A stretch of DNA of 64,000 nt, taken from contig DKLZ01000016.1 in assembly GCA_002455955.1 (NCBI GenBank), positions 1,356-65,355 on the forward strand. Reading direction: 5' to 3'. The position numbers and the translations under genes are program-made. Source of the stretch: Dehalococcoidia bacterium UBA6627. GTDB taxonomy: Bacteria > Chloroflexota > Dehalococcoidia > UBA2979. Below the pieces are notes generated by a model. The model was not told the DNA's origin and did not search any database. It was given only the letters and a program-made list of their open reading frames with translations. This document shows, in pieces, positions 19,173 through 29,467 of this stretch (positions are counted from its first letter, which is position 1; every line of letters begins with the position of its first letter).

Positions 19173-20510
19173 TTAATGAGCTCCGATCAAGTGCAAGGCC
19201 ATGATCTCGGCAAGGCAGTTACGCCGTAACTCTTCAAGGTTCTGACTTTCGTCGGGGCCGTGGATGCGGCTCGTTGGTTCGCCGACGCCAGTGAGTAGGA
19301 TAGGTGCCTCAGGGAAAGCGGCCGCAAGGTCCGCGACTAATGGAATCGAGCCGCCGATCCCTATTTCTACCGGCTCTTGGTTCCATGTTTCGAAGTAGGC
19401 TTCACGAAAGGCGTCATATGCGTACCCGGTTGTATTGAGAAGGACTGGTGCAGCGATTCCAGCTCCTGGCTCGACGCTGACGCGTGCTCCCCATGGTGCG
19501 TGTGTCTCAAGATGTTTTGATAGCAGAGCAATCGCAGATGAAGGGTCCTGACCTGGTGGAATTCTTAAGCTCACCTTCGCACGAGCAACTGGGGTCAAAG
19601 CGTTAACCGAATTAGAGATAGCAGGAGCGTCGATTGCCAAAATGGAGATAGCAGCTTGGCGCCACATTCGCGAAGTCAGCGTGCCTTTCCCAACCAGCTC
19701 CACTCCGCTGATGACACCTGCATGTTCACGCAGTTCATCTTCGGTGATGTCGAGAGGTTCGGCGTCACCTTCGACTAGTCCGATCACGGACGATCGTCCT
19801 GATTCGTCATGAAGAGTCGCGAGCAAACGTGACAGCGCGCTTAGCGCATCAGGTACCACCCCACCGAACTGACCGCTGTGTACCGCTGCATTTAAGGTTC
19901 GTACCTCGACGATGCAGTCAACTATTCCACGTAACGACGTGGTTAATGCCGGTTGACCTTGACGCCAGTGCTGCGAATCAGCGATCACAATGACATCCGA
20001 ACGTAATTCCTCATGAAACTCTTCGAGAAAGCGCGAGAAATTTGGTGATCCAATCTCCTCCTCACCTTCGATGAAGATTTTCAGCTTCACAGGAGGTTCA
20101 CCGTCGAATGCTTGTAATGCAGCTAAGTGCATTGCAATCCCAGCCTTATCGTCTGACGCTCCGCGTCCATAGAGTCGTCCCTGACGCTCCGTCGGATCGA
20201 ATGGATTGCTGCTCCAGTCATGTAGATCACCGGGAGGTTGAACATCGTAGTGCGCATACAGGAGTACTGTCGGGGTATCTTCTGGTCCAGGTACTTCAGC
20301 GAATACGGCGGCTGGCGCGTTTTCTAACTCGAGCATGCGTGCCGATGCCCCTGCATCAGTCAGCATGTTCTGGACTAATTCTGCTGCTCTTCGCAATGCT
20401 GGTGAACTGGGCCCTTCTAGACTGATCGAAGGTTCACGTATCAGTCGTTCTAGGTCAGCACGTACTTTTGGGAATATTTTTTCGAGTTTTGTACGTAGTT
20501 CTTCGTGCAC
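19173..20510 (-). CDS. M20 family metallopeptidase (dipeptidase/deacylase-like)
   Basis: 445 aa. Metal-ligand and catalytic motifs in M20 order: 'LLYAHYDVQP', 'GRGASDDKAG', 'IEGEEEIGS', C-terminal 'IHGPDE'. Confidence 0.75.
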   Translation of the reverse strand: MHEELRTKLEKIFPKVRADLERLIREPSISLEGPSSPALRRAAELVQNMLTDAGASARMLELENAPAAVFAEVPGPEDTPTVLLYAHYDVQPPGDLHDWSSNPFDPTERQGRLYGRGASDDKAGIAMHLAALQAFDGEPPVKLKIFIEGEEEIGSPNFSRFLEEFHEELRSDVIVIADSQHWRQGQPALTTSLRGIVDCIVEVRTLNAAVHSGQFGGVVPDALSALSRLLATLHDESGRSSVIGLVEGDAEPLDITEDELREHAGVISGVELVGKGTLTSRMWRQAAISILAIDAPAISNSVNALTPVARAKVSLRIPPGQDPSSAIALLSKHLETHAPWGARVSVEPGAGIAAPVLLNTTGYAYDAFREAYFETWNQEPVEIGIGGSIPLVADLAAAFPEAPILLTGVGEPTSRIHGPDESQNLEELRRNCLAEIMALHLIGAH

Positions 20511-20778
20511 TGATGGCTCCGTCTCTAGGTTCTGGTGTTAATTACAGCCTAATCAGTCCGCTTTGGCGTTAGTGGTGTTGTAGGTGGCAGCCTCGGAGGA
20601 GTTGTTCCGATTCAAGCAATTTAAGCAGATCATGTTGATTAGGTGAGATCCATCAAGGTCGCCATCGACTGACATTCTTTTGCACTCAACGTAATCGTAT
20701 AGTCGCGATTTCGCGTGCTACCTGACAAATTCTCGACGAAAGACTAGCGTCTTAATCGTCTGTTTAATCAGTGAATAG

Positions 20779-21864
20779 CTATTCGGTACCAATTTCCAGC
20801 ACTGATCGAGCGACCTCACCGCTCTTTAATGCGCTGAATGCTTCGTTGATTTCATCGAAAGCCCATCGTTTCGTTACCAGGCCGTCAATGTCTAGTTTTC
20901 CCTGTTGATACAGTTCGAGTATCCGTGGCATATCAGTGTGGAACCGCGCCGAACCATAGAAGCTACCTTTCAAGGTTTTTTCCTGTCTCCAGATCATTCC
21001 AGAGACTTCGATTTTCTCCATTGGTGGCACCATTCCGACAATTACAGCCATGCCGCCGTTCTTTGCCATTTCATACGTCTGTTCAGAGGTTACTTTCAGT
21101 CCAATTGCCTCAAAGCCGTAATCTACGCCCCCTCCGGTCAACTCCTTCACGGCCTCGATTGGGTCATTCTCGCTAGCATTTACTGTGTCTGTGGCACCGA
21201 ATTCTTTCGCTATGTTTAGTTTATGTTCGACCATGTCCACCGCGATGATTTGCCGAGCTCCTGCGAGTCGAGCGGCCTGAATGATGTTCAGCCCTATGCC
21301 ACCAGCTCCCACTACCGCGACTGTAGAACCGGTGTCTACCTTTGCGGTGTTAACGACCGCACCGTAGCCCGTCATCACAGAACATCCGACCAGCGCCGCC
21401 ACATCTAAACTGATGCTGTCGGGTATCTTGAGCAGTCCTGACGCTGGCATTACCGATTGCTTCGCAAAACCACCGATGTTTGCCATTTGTGTCACAGATT
21501 GGTCACCGAGCTTGATTGCCGGGTTATCGCGTTTCCGTGCTGAGGTTCGTGTAGTACATAGGTTTGGGTGGCCAGAGTCGCAGTATTCGCAATGTCCACA
21601 AGGTTGAACAAAACCCATGATTACACGGTCACCTTCAGTGACGTTCGTTACGCCCGGACCTAGCCGCTCAACAATTCCTGCAACTTCGTGTCCGAGTACC
21701 ATTGGGTATTGCCCTGGGTAAGTTCCTTCAATGAAGTGCAAGTCGGAGTGACAAACGCCGGCTGATATGACACGAACTAGCGCTTCTCCGGCGACGGGTT
21801 CATCAATCGTCAGGTCAGTAATTTCGAGAGGAGTCTGGGCCGCGTTAAGGACTGCTGCTTCCAT
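20779..21864 (-). CDS. Zn-dependent alcohol dehydrogenase, MDR superfamily (class III-like)
   Basis: 361 aa. Motifs: 'GVCHSDLH', 'LGHEVAGIV', structural Zn 'CGHCEYCDSGHPNLC', Rossmann 'VVGAGGIGLN'. Confidence 0.8.
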   Translation of the reverse strand: MEAAVLNAAQTPLEITDLTIDEPVAGEALVRVISAGVCHSDLHFIEGTYPGQYPMVLGHEVAGIVERLGPGVTNVTEGDRVIMGFVQPCGHCEYCDSGHPNLCTTRTSARKRDNPAIKLGDQSVTQMANIGGFAKQSVMPASGLLKIPDSISLDVAALVGCSVMTGYGAVVNTAKVDTGSTVAVVGAGGIGLNIIQAARLAGARQIIAVDMVEHKLNIAKEFGATDTVNASENDPIEAVKELTGGGVDYGFEAIGLKVTSEQTYEMAKNGGMAVIVGMVPPMEKIEVSGMIWRQEKTLKGSFYGSARFHTDMPRILELYQQGKLDIDGLVTKRWAFDEINEAFSALKSGEVARSVLEIGTE

Positions 21865-22002
21865 AGGGCATGGTTCCTTTACTAGTCGTTTGAGCTCATG
21901 ACGGTTTTGGTATCCTTGTGAATCAAAGCTGTTATCGTTATGCGATCGGTCACGTATGTTTGATGCTCAAGATAAACTTATAGCGCTTATCCTCTGGAAA
22001 TT

Positions 22003-23031
22003 TCAAGGTCTTGCCCACGACAGACGCTCATCGATATGTCGCCCAGCGCTATACACTATCGTTTCAAAGCCGTGATTTTCCCAGAACGACTCACCCACTT
22101 GGTTCATCGCGGCATAATGCAAGGTCATTGTGCTGTGGCCTGAATCATGTGCCCAATCCAAGGCATGCTTGAGCAGTGCTCTGCCGACACCTTCGCCGCG
22201 CGAATTGGATTCTACAATCGCATGGAAAAGATAGACGGACTGTTCGCGTGTCGCGATCTGCGGACCGAAAGCCATTCCTGAAAAGAGGATTTGCATTCCA
22301 AGTGTTTCTGCTTGTCGGGTCGCGAGAAATATCGCGTGCCTATCTCGGCTAAGTGCGTACTTGCTTAAGCCGCTAGCTGACTCACGTACATCCTTCCAAA
22401 GGAAGGGCCAGAGGACCGGACCCAAGTGATGGAAGCGACTGTTGATTTTTTCCAATCGTTCGACTTCAGCATGGTCTTCCAGCATTGCTTGTCGAATTGT
22501 GATCTCTTGGTGGATTGGATTTGAATCGATGGACGTTGTCTTACGGCCCGCATATTTGGTTAAGGCACCGAACCCAAGTTCGAACCAAAGCTCGCGTTGT
22601 ATTTCATCGGTAGCAGCAAAATCGACACGATGGTCGAAGAATCCTGATGCAGTCCACCGATCGGCTAGGTGTCCGTAGAGTGCTCGATACGAGGGGACGA
22701 TACTGTCGTTGTTCGGACCAGCATGACCATGCAGTGGAATCCCGATGACTCGTGGCGGGAAATATTGAGCCAGCCAGTGATCTGCTGCATGTAGAGATTG
22801 CTGCCCAAACATGAAAGCCACGATTTCGCTGCCAATTTCTGCTACTGCTCCGTCTGTTGCAGGTTGATGAAACAATGATTGGAGGATCTCTAAGCACTGT
22901 TGAGTACTTTCGAAAGCACTTGGTAGGAGTGAGTTACGTGAGCGATCTCGCCTATGGCGGGATGACAAAAGACTCGCGCAGCTTGCGAGGTCGCTTACGG
23001 CCACATCACGGACGGTAAACCTAACTGTCAC
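22003..23031 (-). CDS. GNAT family N-acetyltransferase (apparently two-domain)
   Basis: 342 aa. The C-terminal domain has acetyl-CoA motif A 'SRGEGVGRALLKHAL' and ends 'FWENHGFE'. The N-terminal half is of similar length but degenerate. Confidence 0.6.
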   Translation of the reverse strand: MTVRFTVRDVAVSDLASCASLLSSRHRRDRSRNSLLPSAFESTQQCLEILQSLFHQPATDGAVAEIGSEIVAFMFGQQSLHAADHWLAQYFPPRVIGIPLHGHAGPNNDSIVPSYRALYGHLADRWTASGFFDHRVDFAATDEIQRELWFELGFGALTKYAGRKTTSIDSNPIHQEITIRQAMLEDHAEVERLEKINSRFHHLGPVLWPFLWKDVRESASGLSKYALSRDRHAIFLATRQAETLGMQILFSGMAFGPQIATREQSVYLFHAIVESNSRGEGVGRALLKHALDWAHDSGHSTMTLHYAAMNQVGESFWENHGFETIVYSAGRHIDERLSWARP

Positions 23032-23312
23032 TTTGCTATCGCCTCATCGAGTTTATTTGCTACTGGGAGGTGCTGATGCTACACGTCCAGTCAGCGTCCG
23101 TCGCATGTAATCGCAACGAAAATATTAAACTCATGTGGTAGGAGATTAGTTCGATCCGTCAGTTTATTGACGGTTAGGAGTGTTTTATCTTCAATCCAGA
23201 CCATTCGCAATGCACATGGCAGTTTGTTAGCTATTAGAGATTTGTTCGCACAAGCCGAGCTAGCGAACACCACGGTACTTGTGTGGTCTGACGAAGCTGA
23301 CTGAGCTGTTCG

Positions 23313-24704
23313 TTACGAGAGGTAGTCGCGTAACTGTCGTGACCTTGTCGGGCTTCGAAGCTTTCGTAGTGCCTTGCCTTCGATCTGCCGGATACGTTCT
23401 CGTGTCACGTTAAACTCGCGCCCCACTTCCTCTAGGGTGCGTGCTTTTCCATCCTCAAGGCCGAATCTCAGCTCTAGCACACGTCTCTCGCGTGGGGTCA
23501 GTGAAGAGAGCACGTCCGCGACCTGCTGACGGAATAACTGATATGAAGCCTGATCAAACGGTAACTCTACCGAATCATCCGGTACAAAGTCCGCGAGGTC
23601 TGAGTCCTCGTCCTCACCAACAGGAGTGTCGAGAGAAACAGTCTCTTGTGCAATTTTTCTTAGCTCTTGAACTCTGAGAGCTGGTAAGTCTAGCTCTTTA
23701 CCGATCTCTTCCGGTGTCGCTTCGCGGCCTAGTTCCTGCTGGAGACGACGTGAAATGCGTACCATCTTGTTGATTACTTCTACCATATGGACAGGTATGC
23801 GGATCGTCCGTGCTTGGTCTGCCAGTGCACGTGTGATTCCCTGACGAATCCACCAAGTCGCATACGTCGAAAACTTAAATCCTCGTCGGTAATCGAACTT
23901 TTCTACACCGCGCATCAGGCCGATGTTTCCTTCTTGGATAAGATCCAGAAGGGATAGGCCACGGCCTAAATATTTTTTCGCGACTGCTACTACGAGTCTT
24001 AGATTTGCTTCGGTTAAGTGACGCTTCGAACGCTCGCCATCGAAACGTATTTTTTCGAAGTAAAAACGAAGTGTCGATCCATATTCTGCTTGTAGTTTTT
24101 TCGCTAAATCGTCTGGTGGAGAGAATACCTTCGCTTCAGAACCAACGATCTCAGTCGCCCATCCGATATGTAATGGTTTCATGATGTGGGTAACGGTCGA
24201 TAGTCGGACGAGTGACTCTTTAGCAGTATCTGCATCCCAGCCAGTGTCGCTTTGAAGTTGCTCGTGAGTCTCTTCGTCGAGCACACGGTCAATGATGTCA
24301 CGGAAATTCTCGTCAACGATTCGTTCTGAGGCGGATTGTCGTGGTAAATCGAGGTGACGGCTGACCGAGCGGTATGTTTCTTTTTCCTGACGTAACTGGC
24401 GGAATAGTTCAACCATAACTTCGCCAGGGGATGGATCTTTTCCGGAATCCTCGCGCAACTTGTCTTCTATTGATTCAAGATGCAGCCATTCTTCAATATG
24501 TCGCGCGAGTCGACGCTCATCGGCAGCGGTCAGCAACGCAACTTGACCAATCCGATTCAGGTACTGTCGAACCGGATCGTCTATCCCAGCTTGTTCAGCA
24601 ACTTTGCGTGCCTCAGCAAGCACGGCCTTGTCCCGTGATCGGTTGCTCAGTAGTGTTTCCAGCTCGCTATTATCACCAGTTTCTACGGAAGTTTGCTGAG
24701 TCAT
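23313..24704 (-). CDS. rpoD: Primary RNA polymerase sigma factor (sigma-70 group 1)
   Basis: 463 aa. Motifs: '[11 protein letters not shown]', region 2 '[54 protein letters not shown]', region 4.2 '[20 protein letters not shown]'. Confidence 0.9.
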   Translation of the reverse strand: MTQQTSVETGDNSELETLLSNRSRDKAVLAEARKVAEQAGIDDPVRQYLNRIGQVALLTAADERRLARHIEEWLHLESIEDKLREDSGKDPSPGEVMVELFRQLRQEKETYRSVSRHLDLPRQSASERIVDENFRDIIDRVLDEETHEQLQSDTGWDADTAKESLVRLSTVTHIMKPLHIGWATEIVGSEAKVFSPPDDLAKKLQAEYGSTLRFYFEKIRFDGERSKRHLTEANLRLVVAVAKKYLGRGLSLLDLIQEGNIGLMRGVEKFDYRRGFKFSTYATWWIRQGITRALADQARTIRIPVHMVEVINKMVRISRRLQQELGREATPEEIGKELDLPALRVQELRKIAQETVSLDTPVGEDEDSDLADFVPDDSVELPFDQASYQLFRQQVADVLSSLTPRERRVLELRFGLEDGKARTLEEVGREFNVTRERIRQIEGKALRKLRSPTRSRQLRDYLS

Positions 24705-24934
24705 ATACTTTCAATCCCTTATTAGGCTGGTCCTGGTTGCTTGATCCCTATGTTTCGTGTCACTGCAAATCTGTGGTGCGGTCAGCAATTCGGTCCCAAT
24801 CACGCTGTGGAGTTCAGATTCCTGAGCACCAGAAACGTCAGTAGGTTTTCAAGCTGTGCGTGAAGCTGGGCTGAACGCTGTAGGGTGATCCTATCATACT
24901 GGCGGAAGTGGATTATTGACATAATGTACGGTGT

Positions 24935-25396
24935 TTATACTTTTTCTGACAGCATCCACTGGACTAGTGTGTATCCTTTGCCGTCCTCGTCATGATCCTC
25001 AAAAACTGCCTCAACATTCTGACCGATCTCGATTGGAATTTCTGGGTCTTGCCCGACGAGGTTACCGACCATCCTCACATTACCGGCTTGTGGTAGTTCG
25101 ACAAGCACGACCATGTAGGGGAGTGCATTTACTAGCGCTGGATGCACTGGGTGCCAGACCCGCTCCCAGCTGTAGATAGCTCCTGTTGGTTCGACTGGTT
25201 CGTACGCGAGATCCCATGAGTGGCAATGATGACAAATGTGCTCGGGTCCCCACTGCCAGTTTCGGCAATCGTTGCAACGTTGAACCAACAGTTCGTGTCG
25301 ACGTGTTGCATCCCAGAATTCGGCACCAAGGCCATCAACGGATGGCGCTGGGATAGGTAGTCCGTGTGGCAAGGCATTCTGTTGTTCAGTTGTCAT
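24935..25396 (-). CDS. DUF35 Zn-ribbon/OB-fold protein (partner of SCP-x-type thiolases)
   Basis: 153 aa. Zn-ribbon 'CNDCRNWQWGPEHICHHCHS' followed by an OB-fold-length C-terminus. It lies 9 nt downstream of the thiolase-like gene. Confidence 0.75.
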   Translation of the reverse strand: MTTEQQNALPHGLPIPAPSVDGLGAEFWDATRRHELLVQRCNDCRNWQWGPEHICHHCHSWDLAYEPVEPTGAIYSWERVWHPVHPALVNALPYMVVLVELPQAGNVRMVGNLVGQDPEIPIEIGQNVEAVFEDHDEDGKGYTLVQWMLSEKV

Positions 25397-25405
25397 TCTA
25401 GATTC

Positions 25406-26584
25406 CTAAACTGGTTCGGTCGCAAGGATCATTGATGAGACCGGCTGCACCATCGGTCCAGATGTCACCATCGATATCTCTACATCTGAAACTTGATTGG
25501 GTGAGGTCCCGCGGATTTGTCTGACAGCCTCTGTGATCAGTTCCAAACCGTGCATATAGCACTCGGCCAAATTGCCACCGCTTGTGTTGAGCGGAAGGAT
25601 GCCATCAGGTGCTCGGAAATTCTCGATGGTGAAAAAATCGTTGCATTCATCAGGCTCACAAAAGCCGTGTTCTACCATGCTAATCAACACGCAGCCGGTG
25701 AAGTTTTCGTAACTCTGCAGTACATCGACATCTTTTGGACCGATACCTGCCATCTCAAAAAGTTTCGGAGCGACTGTCTTAAAGTTCGAAGTCGCATAAT
25801 CGGGAGCGTTGTGAGCCCATGATCCTTGTCGCAAAAACGAACCTTGTGCTGCTGCAAGGATGTAAGCTGGTTTTTGTTTCAGAGTTCTAGCGCGTTCCAC
25901 TGAAGTCACGATCACTGCTGCTGCACCGTCGTTTTCCATACAGCAGTCGAAGAGATGGAACGGTTCGACAATCCAACGAGAATTATCATAAATCTCGTTT
26001 GTCAGGTCGCGCCCATGCATGACAGCGCGAGGATTGTTTTGCGCATGTGCATAGCTGGTTAGTGAAATCGCGCGCAACGCTTCTTGTTTCACACCGTGGT
26101 CATGCATGAATCGCTGGACGCGCATCGCGAAACGCTGGGCAGGCGACATTAATCCATAAGGTGCGGAGAATGCCATCTCTCCGGTTACATGCGAGGTCTG
26201 TGCACCTTGACCAAAACGACTGAATTGGCCCTGAGCGAGTGAGCGATAGGCCACAACTACTTCTGCGTAGCCAGCAGCAACTGCTGCCGCTGCATTTGCC
26301 ACTGCTCCTGATCCGCCACCGCCGCCGCCGCCCCAGAACATATTGCTGAATCCGTAGTGTGGTATGCCGAGCGCAGTGGCAATGCGTTCAGGGGTGCTCC
26401 GCTCATTCGAATATGAGGCAAAACCATCGATTTCTCGTACATCAATGCCTGCATCTTCGGCTGCGAGCAGCACGGCTTCCAACCCCATCTTGAATTCAGG
26501 ATCAGGAGTCTGGCCATGTTTGTAATAGGTTGTCTCTCCGATCCCGACGATGGCTGTTTTTCCGCGGATTGTTCGTTCACTCAT
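25406..26584 (-). CDS. Thiolase-like protein, SCP-x / lipid-transfer-protein type
   Basis: 392 aa. N-terminus 'GKTAIVGIGETTYYKHG', Gly-rich 'FWGGGGGGGSG', C-terminus 'LNTSGGNLAECYMHG'. The architecture is typical of non-condensing thiolase-like Ltp proteins that pair with DUF35. Confidence 0.75.
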   Translation of the reverse strand: MSERTIRGKTAIVGIGETTYYKHGQTPDPEFKMGLEAVLLAAEDAGIDVREIDGFASYSNERSTPERIATALGIPHYGFSNMFWGGGGGGGSGAVANAAAAVAAGYAEVVVAYRSLAQGQFSRFGQGAQTSHVTGEMAFSAPYGLMSPAQRFAMRVQRFMHDHGVKQEALRAISLTSYAHAQNNPRAVMHGRDLTNEIYDNSRWIVEPFHLFDCCMENDGAAAVIVTSVERARTLKQKPAYILAAAQGSFLRQGSWAHNAPDYATSNFKTVAPKLFEMAGIGPKDVDVLQSYENFTGCVLISMVEHGFCEPDECNDFFTIENFRAPDGILPLNTSGGNLAECYMHGLELITEAVRQIRGTSPNQVSDVEISMVTSGPMVQPVSSMILATEPV

Positions 26585-26607
26585 TGGTTCATTCCTTGAT
26601 GCAATAC

Positions 26608-27306
26608 TTATTTGTTCGGTTGACGCGGTCGCAGGTCTCGAGGCCGTGCTGTCGCTGCGAGCAGTTGATTGACGAGGTCTTCGATAGTTTCGATTGTTGA
26701 TTCAAACACCGTAACTGCCCGTCCGACAGCCTGCATGCTGTGCACATCACTACCACCGATGGGACAGAGTCCGAGACGATTAGCGAGTATTTCGTATGGC
26801 CCACCTTCGCTGTCTGCATGATCACCGTTGATCGTTTCGATCGCATCGAACCAGGCTTTGTAGTGATCGCGTGGTGCATGTTGACCGTGAAACGGACGCA
26901 TCGGATGGGCAAGGGCCATCGCTGCCCCTTCACCTTTGACGATTCGTCGTAAAGATTCAATTTCTAGAAGTTCTGGTCGGAAACGATCGAGTCCATAGAC
27001 GAGTACATGTCCAACATCGGTACCAATTTCCATGCCTGGTAGTAGTCGAATTTCATACTTTTCGCTTAGCCGTATGAGTTCATCTGTTGGCCACGTGGCG
27101 TTGTGTTCAGTGAGGGTGATACCGTCAAGACCTCGTTTGATCACGCTCTCAGCCAATTTCTCTATCCGAACGCCGCTATCTCTCGAGTAGTTGGAGCTAT
27201 GTGTGTGGAGGTCAAAGACACTTCCATTTGGTGGACGTACTGATGCTGTGTCTATGAGGAGTTCGGGGCTGAGTAGCCCTGATTGATTTGAGCGTGAAGA
27301 ATTCAT
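26608..27306 (-). CDS. PHP-domain metal-dependent phosphoesterase
   Basis: 232 aa. 'FDLHTHSSNYSRDS' is the HxH metal site. 'ITLTEHN', 'GMEI', 'LAHP' and 'IGGSDVHS' follow the PHP ligand order. The start overlaps the etfA stop by 4 nt. Confidence 0.7.
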   Translation of the reverse strand: MNSSRSNQSGLLSPELLIDTASVRPPNGSVFDLHTHSSNYSRDSGVRIEKLAESVIKRGLDGITLTEHNATWPTDELIRLSEKYEIRLLPGMEIGTDVGHVLVYGLDRFRPELLEIESLRRIVKGEGAAMALAHPMRPFHGQHAPRDHYKAWFDAIETINGDHADSEGGPYEILANRLGLCPIGGSDVHSMQAVGRAVTVFESTIETIEDLVNQLLAATARPRDLRPRQPNK

Positions 27307-28286
27307 TCAGACGTGCTGACTTCTGGTCGCAGTCGGATAAGTTCTGGTAGTACCTCGAGGCAATCATCGACGATCCCAAAGTGAGCATAGCGAAAGATCG
27401 GTGCGTCTCGATCAGTGTTGATAGCAACGATGACTCTTGCATTTGAGCAACCGGCCATATGTTGACTCGCACCGCTAATCCCGGCAGCAACATAAACGTC
27501 TGGTGTCACGATCGCCCCGGTGAGACCAACCTGTTCAGAGGGAATTGCCCATCCGTCGTCGACGATCGCTCGAGATGCACCAGGCATTCCCCCGAGACTG
27601 AGAGCAAGAGTGCGAATCAGTTCGAAGTTCTCCGATTCTCCTAACCCACGTCCACCAGAAACGACGACTCGGGCATCTTCGATGCGTGAGGTTTCAACGT
27701 CGAGCGCAGGTTCGATTATCACCACACGTTCCTCAATTACTGGTATGTCGATTATGAATTTTCTGGTATCGCGACTTGCAGAGCGTTCTGGTGGTTCCAA
27801 TAACACAGGTGCCATACCGATCACAGCCGGCCCGTTTGCCGTGAATCGATAGACCGCTCGTGCCGCACCGCCGAACACCGCGGCTACTACTTCGATTTCA
27901 CCGCTGTTGGCACGAACCTCAGTCACCCCTGTAACTGAGCTTCCCCCGAGGCGTATCGCTATTCGTGGAGCTAGTTCAAGGGCATCTGGTCCTCTAGGTA
28001 CGATTACAACTCGCGGGTCAGTGGTACGAACTGCTTCTGTTACTGCCGCCGTTAGCGTGTCACCGGGTGCGGAAAGAGCGCTATTAGAGAGCAAGAGCAG
28101 CGATACTGCACCACGTTCTGCTGCCTCGTTCGCCGCGGCATCAATGTGTTCGCCAACGACGGCACACGACAGTTCTTCATCGAGCTCAGCCGCAAGTTTT
28201 GCGGCAACAGCGAACCCTTCCCGCGCAGCTTTTCCAAGCCCTTTCGATGGTGGACGCGTAACCAAGAGCAACACTCCGCTAGCCAT
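27303..28286 (-). CDS. etfA: Electron transfer flavoprotein, alpha subunit
   Basis: 327 aa. C-terminal FAD-binding signature 'PDVYVAAGISGASQHMAGCSNARVIVAINTDRDAPIF'. Overlaps etfB by 8 nt. Confidence 0.9.
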   Translation of the reverse strand: MASGVLLLVTRPPSKGLGKAAREGFAVAAKLAAELDEELSCAVVGEHIDAAANEAAERGAVSLLLLSNSALSAPGDTLTAAVTEAVRTTDPRVVIVPRGPDALELAPRIAIRLGGSSVTGVTEVRANSGEIEVVAAVFGGAARAVYRFTANGPAVIGMAPVLLEPPERSASRDTRKFIIDIPVIEERVVIIEPALDVETSRIEDARVVVSGGRGLGESENFELIRTLALSLGGMPGASRAIVDDGWAIPSEQVGLTGAIVTPDVYVAAGISGASQHMAGCSNARVIVAINTDRDAPIFRYAHFGIVDDCLEVLPELIRLRPEVSTSE

Positions 28287-29091
28287 CTAATACTCCTGCT
28301 TCTGCCAGATGATTCAGAAGTAAGGCCGCTTTTGCTTCCGGTGAGTCACCATCTAAGACGACACATTGTCCTTGTAACTCCGGAACAAACAGTTTGATTA
28401 GTTCCACCCCACCTTCGAATTGTTCGGATAGTAGTTCGCTAACATCCATTACCTGATGTTCCATGCGTCTGGCAGCCATCATCAGTCGGCTACTCGGGTA
28501 CCGTGTTTGCCCGATCTCGTTACTGACGGCCACTACGGTCGATGTCTTTGTTTCGACGATTTCTTCACCGCGAGGTGTTACCCGCGTCACCCGCAGAGCA
28601 TCTCCTTCGATCGATACATTCGATGCCATTGTCACGTATGGCCAATCAAGATGCTCTGCTAGCGCTGCAGGTACGGTTCCCTGGTCGAAGTCGGAACCCT
28701 GCCGCCCACAGATCACGAGATCGATATTTCGTAACTCTCGGACGAGGTTCGCTATTATCATCGCGGTTTGGAAACCGTCCGTACCAGACTCATTGCTGCT
28801 CACCTCGATTGCATGATCAGCTCCCATAGCAACACCTCGGCGGAGCATTGTTTTTGCATCTTTTGCTCCCACAGTCGCGACGGTAATTGAGCAATCGACG
28901 CCAGTGTCGCGGATACGAAGTGCGGCTTCTAACGCCTGTTCGTCGTATGCGTTTACGATGTGAGGAATCGTCCCACCTGTATCGAAGTTACGTCCGCTCT
29001 CATCGACGGAGAGTCGGCCCCAGAGTGCGTAACTGTTTACGCCTTCGGGATCCAGTACTTGCTTGGCGCAGACAAGAATATTCATATTCAA
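28279..29091 (-). CDS. etfB: Electron transfer flavoprotein, beta subunit
   Basis: 270 aa. 'MNILVCAKQVLDPE', 'DLVICGRQGSDFDQGTVPAALAEHLDWPYVT'. Confidence 0.9.
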   Translation of the reverse strand: MNMNILVCAKQVLDPEGVNSYALWGRLSVDESGRNFDTGGTIPHIVNAYDEQALEAALRIRDTGVDCSITVATVGAKDAKTMLRRGVAMGADHAIEVSSNESGTDGFQTAMIIANLVRELRNIDLVICGRQGSDFDQGTVPAALAEHLDWPYVTMASNVSIEGDALRVTRVTPRGEEIVETKTSTVVAVSNEIGQTRYPSSRLMMAARRMEHQVMDVSELLSEQFEGGVELIKLFVPELQGQCVVLDGDSPEAKAALLLNHLAEAGVLDG

Positions 29092-29123
29092 AGCCTTACG
29101 TACTGATTTTGTTGACAGCCCAT

Positions 29124-29417
29124 CTATGCCGTGTCGATGTAAACATCGTCCTCATGGCACCACACCATCTCGTGGGTAAAGCCTTCAGGTTTTTCGGTGA
29201 ATTCTCCGATTTCGAGAAATCGCCAGGGTGGGTTTCCTTGTGTCATGCGGCGGCCTGTGAGTCTACCGGCGAACGATTGTCGGGCGGCGAAGTTTGTGCC
29301 AGGTACGTGACTGCCTCCGTCAGCCTCGGCATACTTTCCCGCAATTGAATCGTCATACGTGAACTCGCGGATGTCATCGTCTTCGAATGCTTGTTTTGAT
29401 TCGCTCATGATCTTCAT
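29124..29417 (-). CDS. Hypothetical small protein (acidic N-terminus), no family recognised
   Basis: 97-aa ORF filling the gap between the SDR and etfB on the same strand. There is no clear RBS, and coding status rests on operon position only. Confidence 0.4.
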   Translation of the reverse strand: MKIMSESKQAFEDDDIREFTYDDSIAGKYAEADGGSHVPGTNFAARQSFAGRLTGRRMTQGNPPWRFLEIGEFTEKPEGFTHEMVWCHEDDVYIDTA

Positions 29418-29467
29418 GCAATACGAAAGTGCTTAGAGGCTCATTATTTCTAAGATATCCGATGTGT

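Noticed and set aside
24917-24945. Plus-strand promoter-like TTGACA (24917-24922) with a TATACT / TACTTT -10 candidate.
   Set aside because: The spacing to the better -10 is only 14 nt. A plus-strand transcript here would run antisense into the DUF35 gene, and there is no plus-strand gene to serve.
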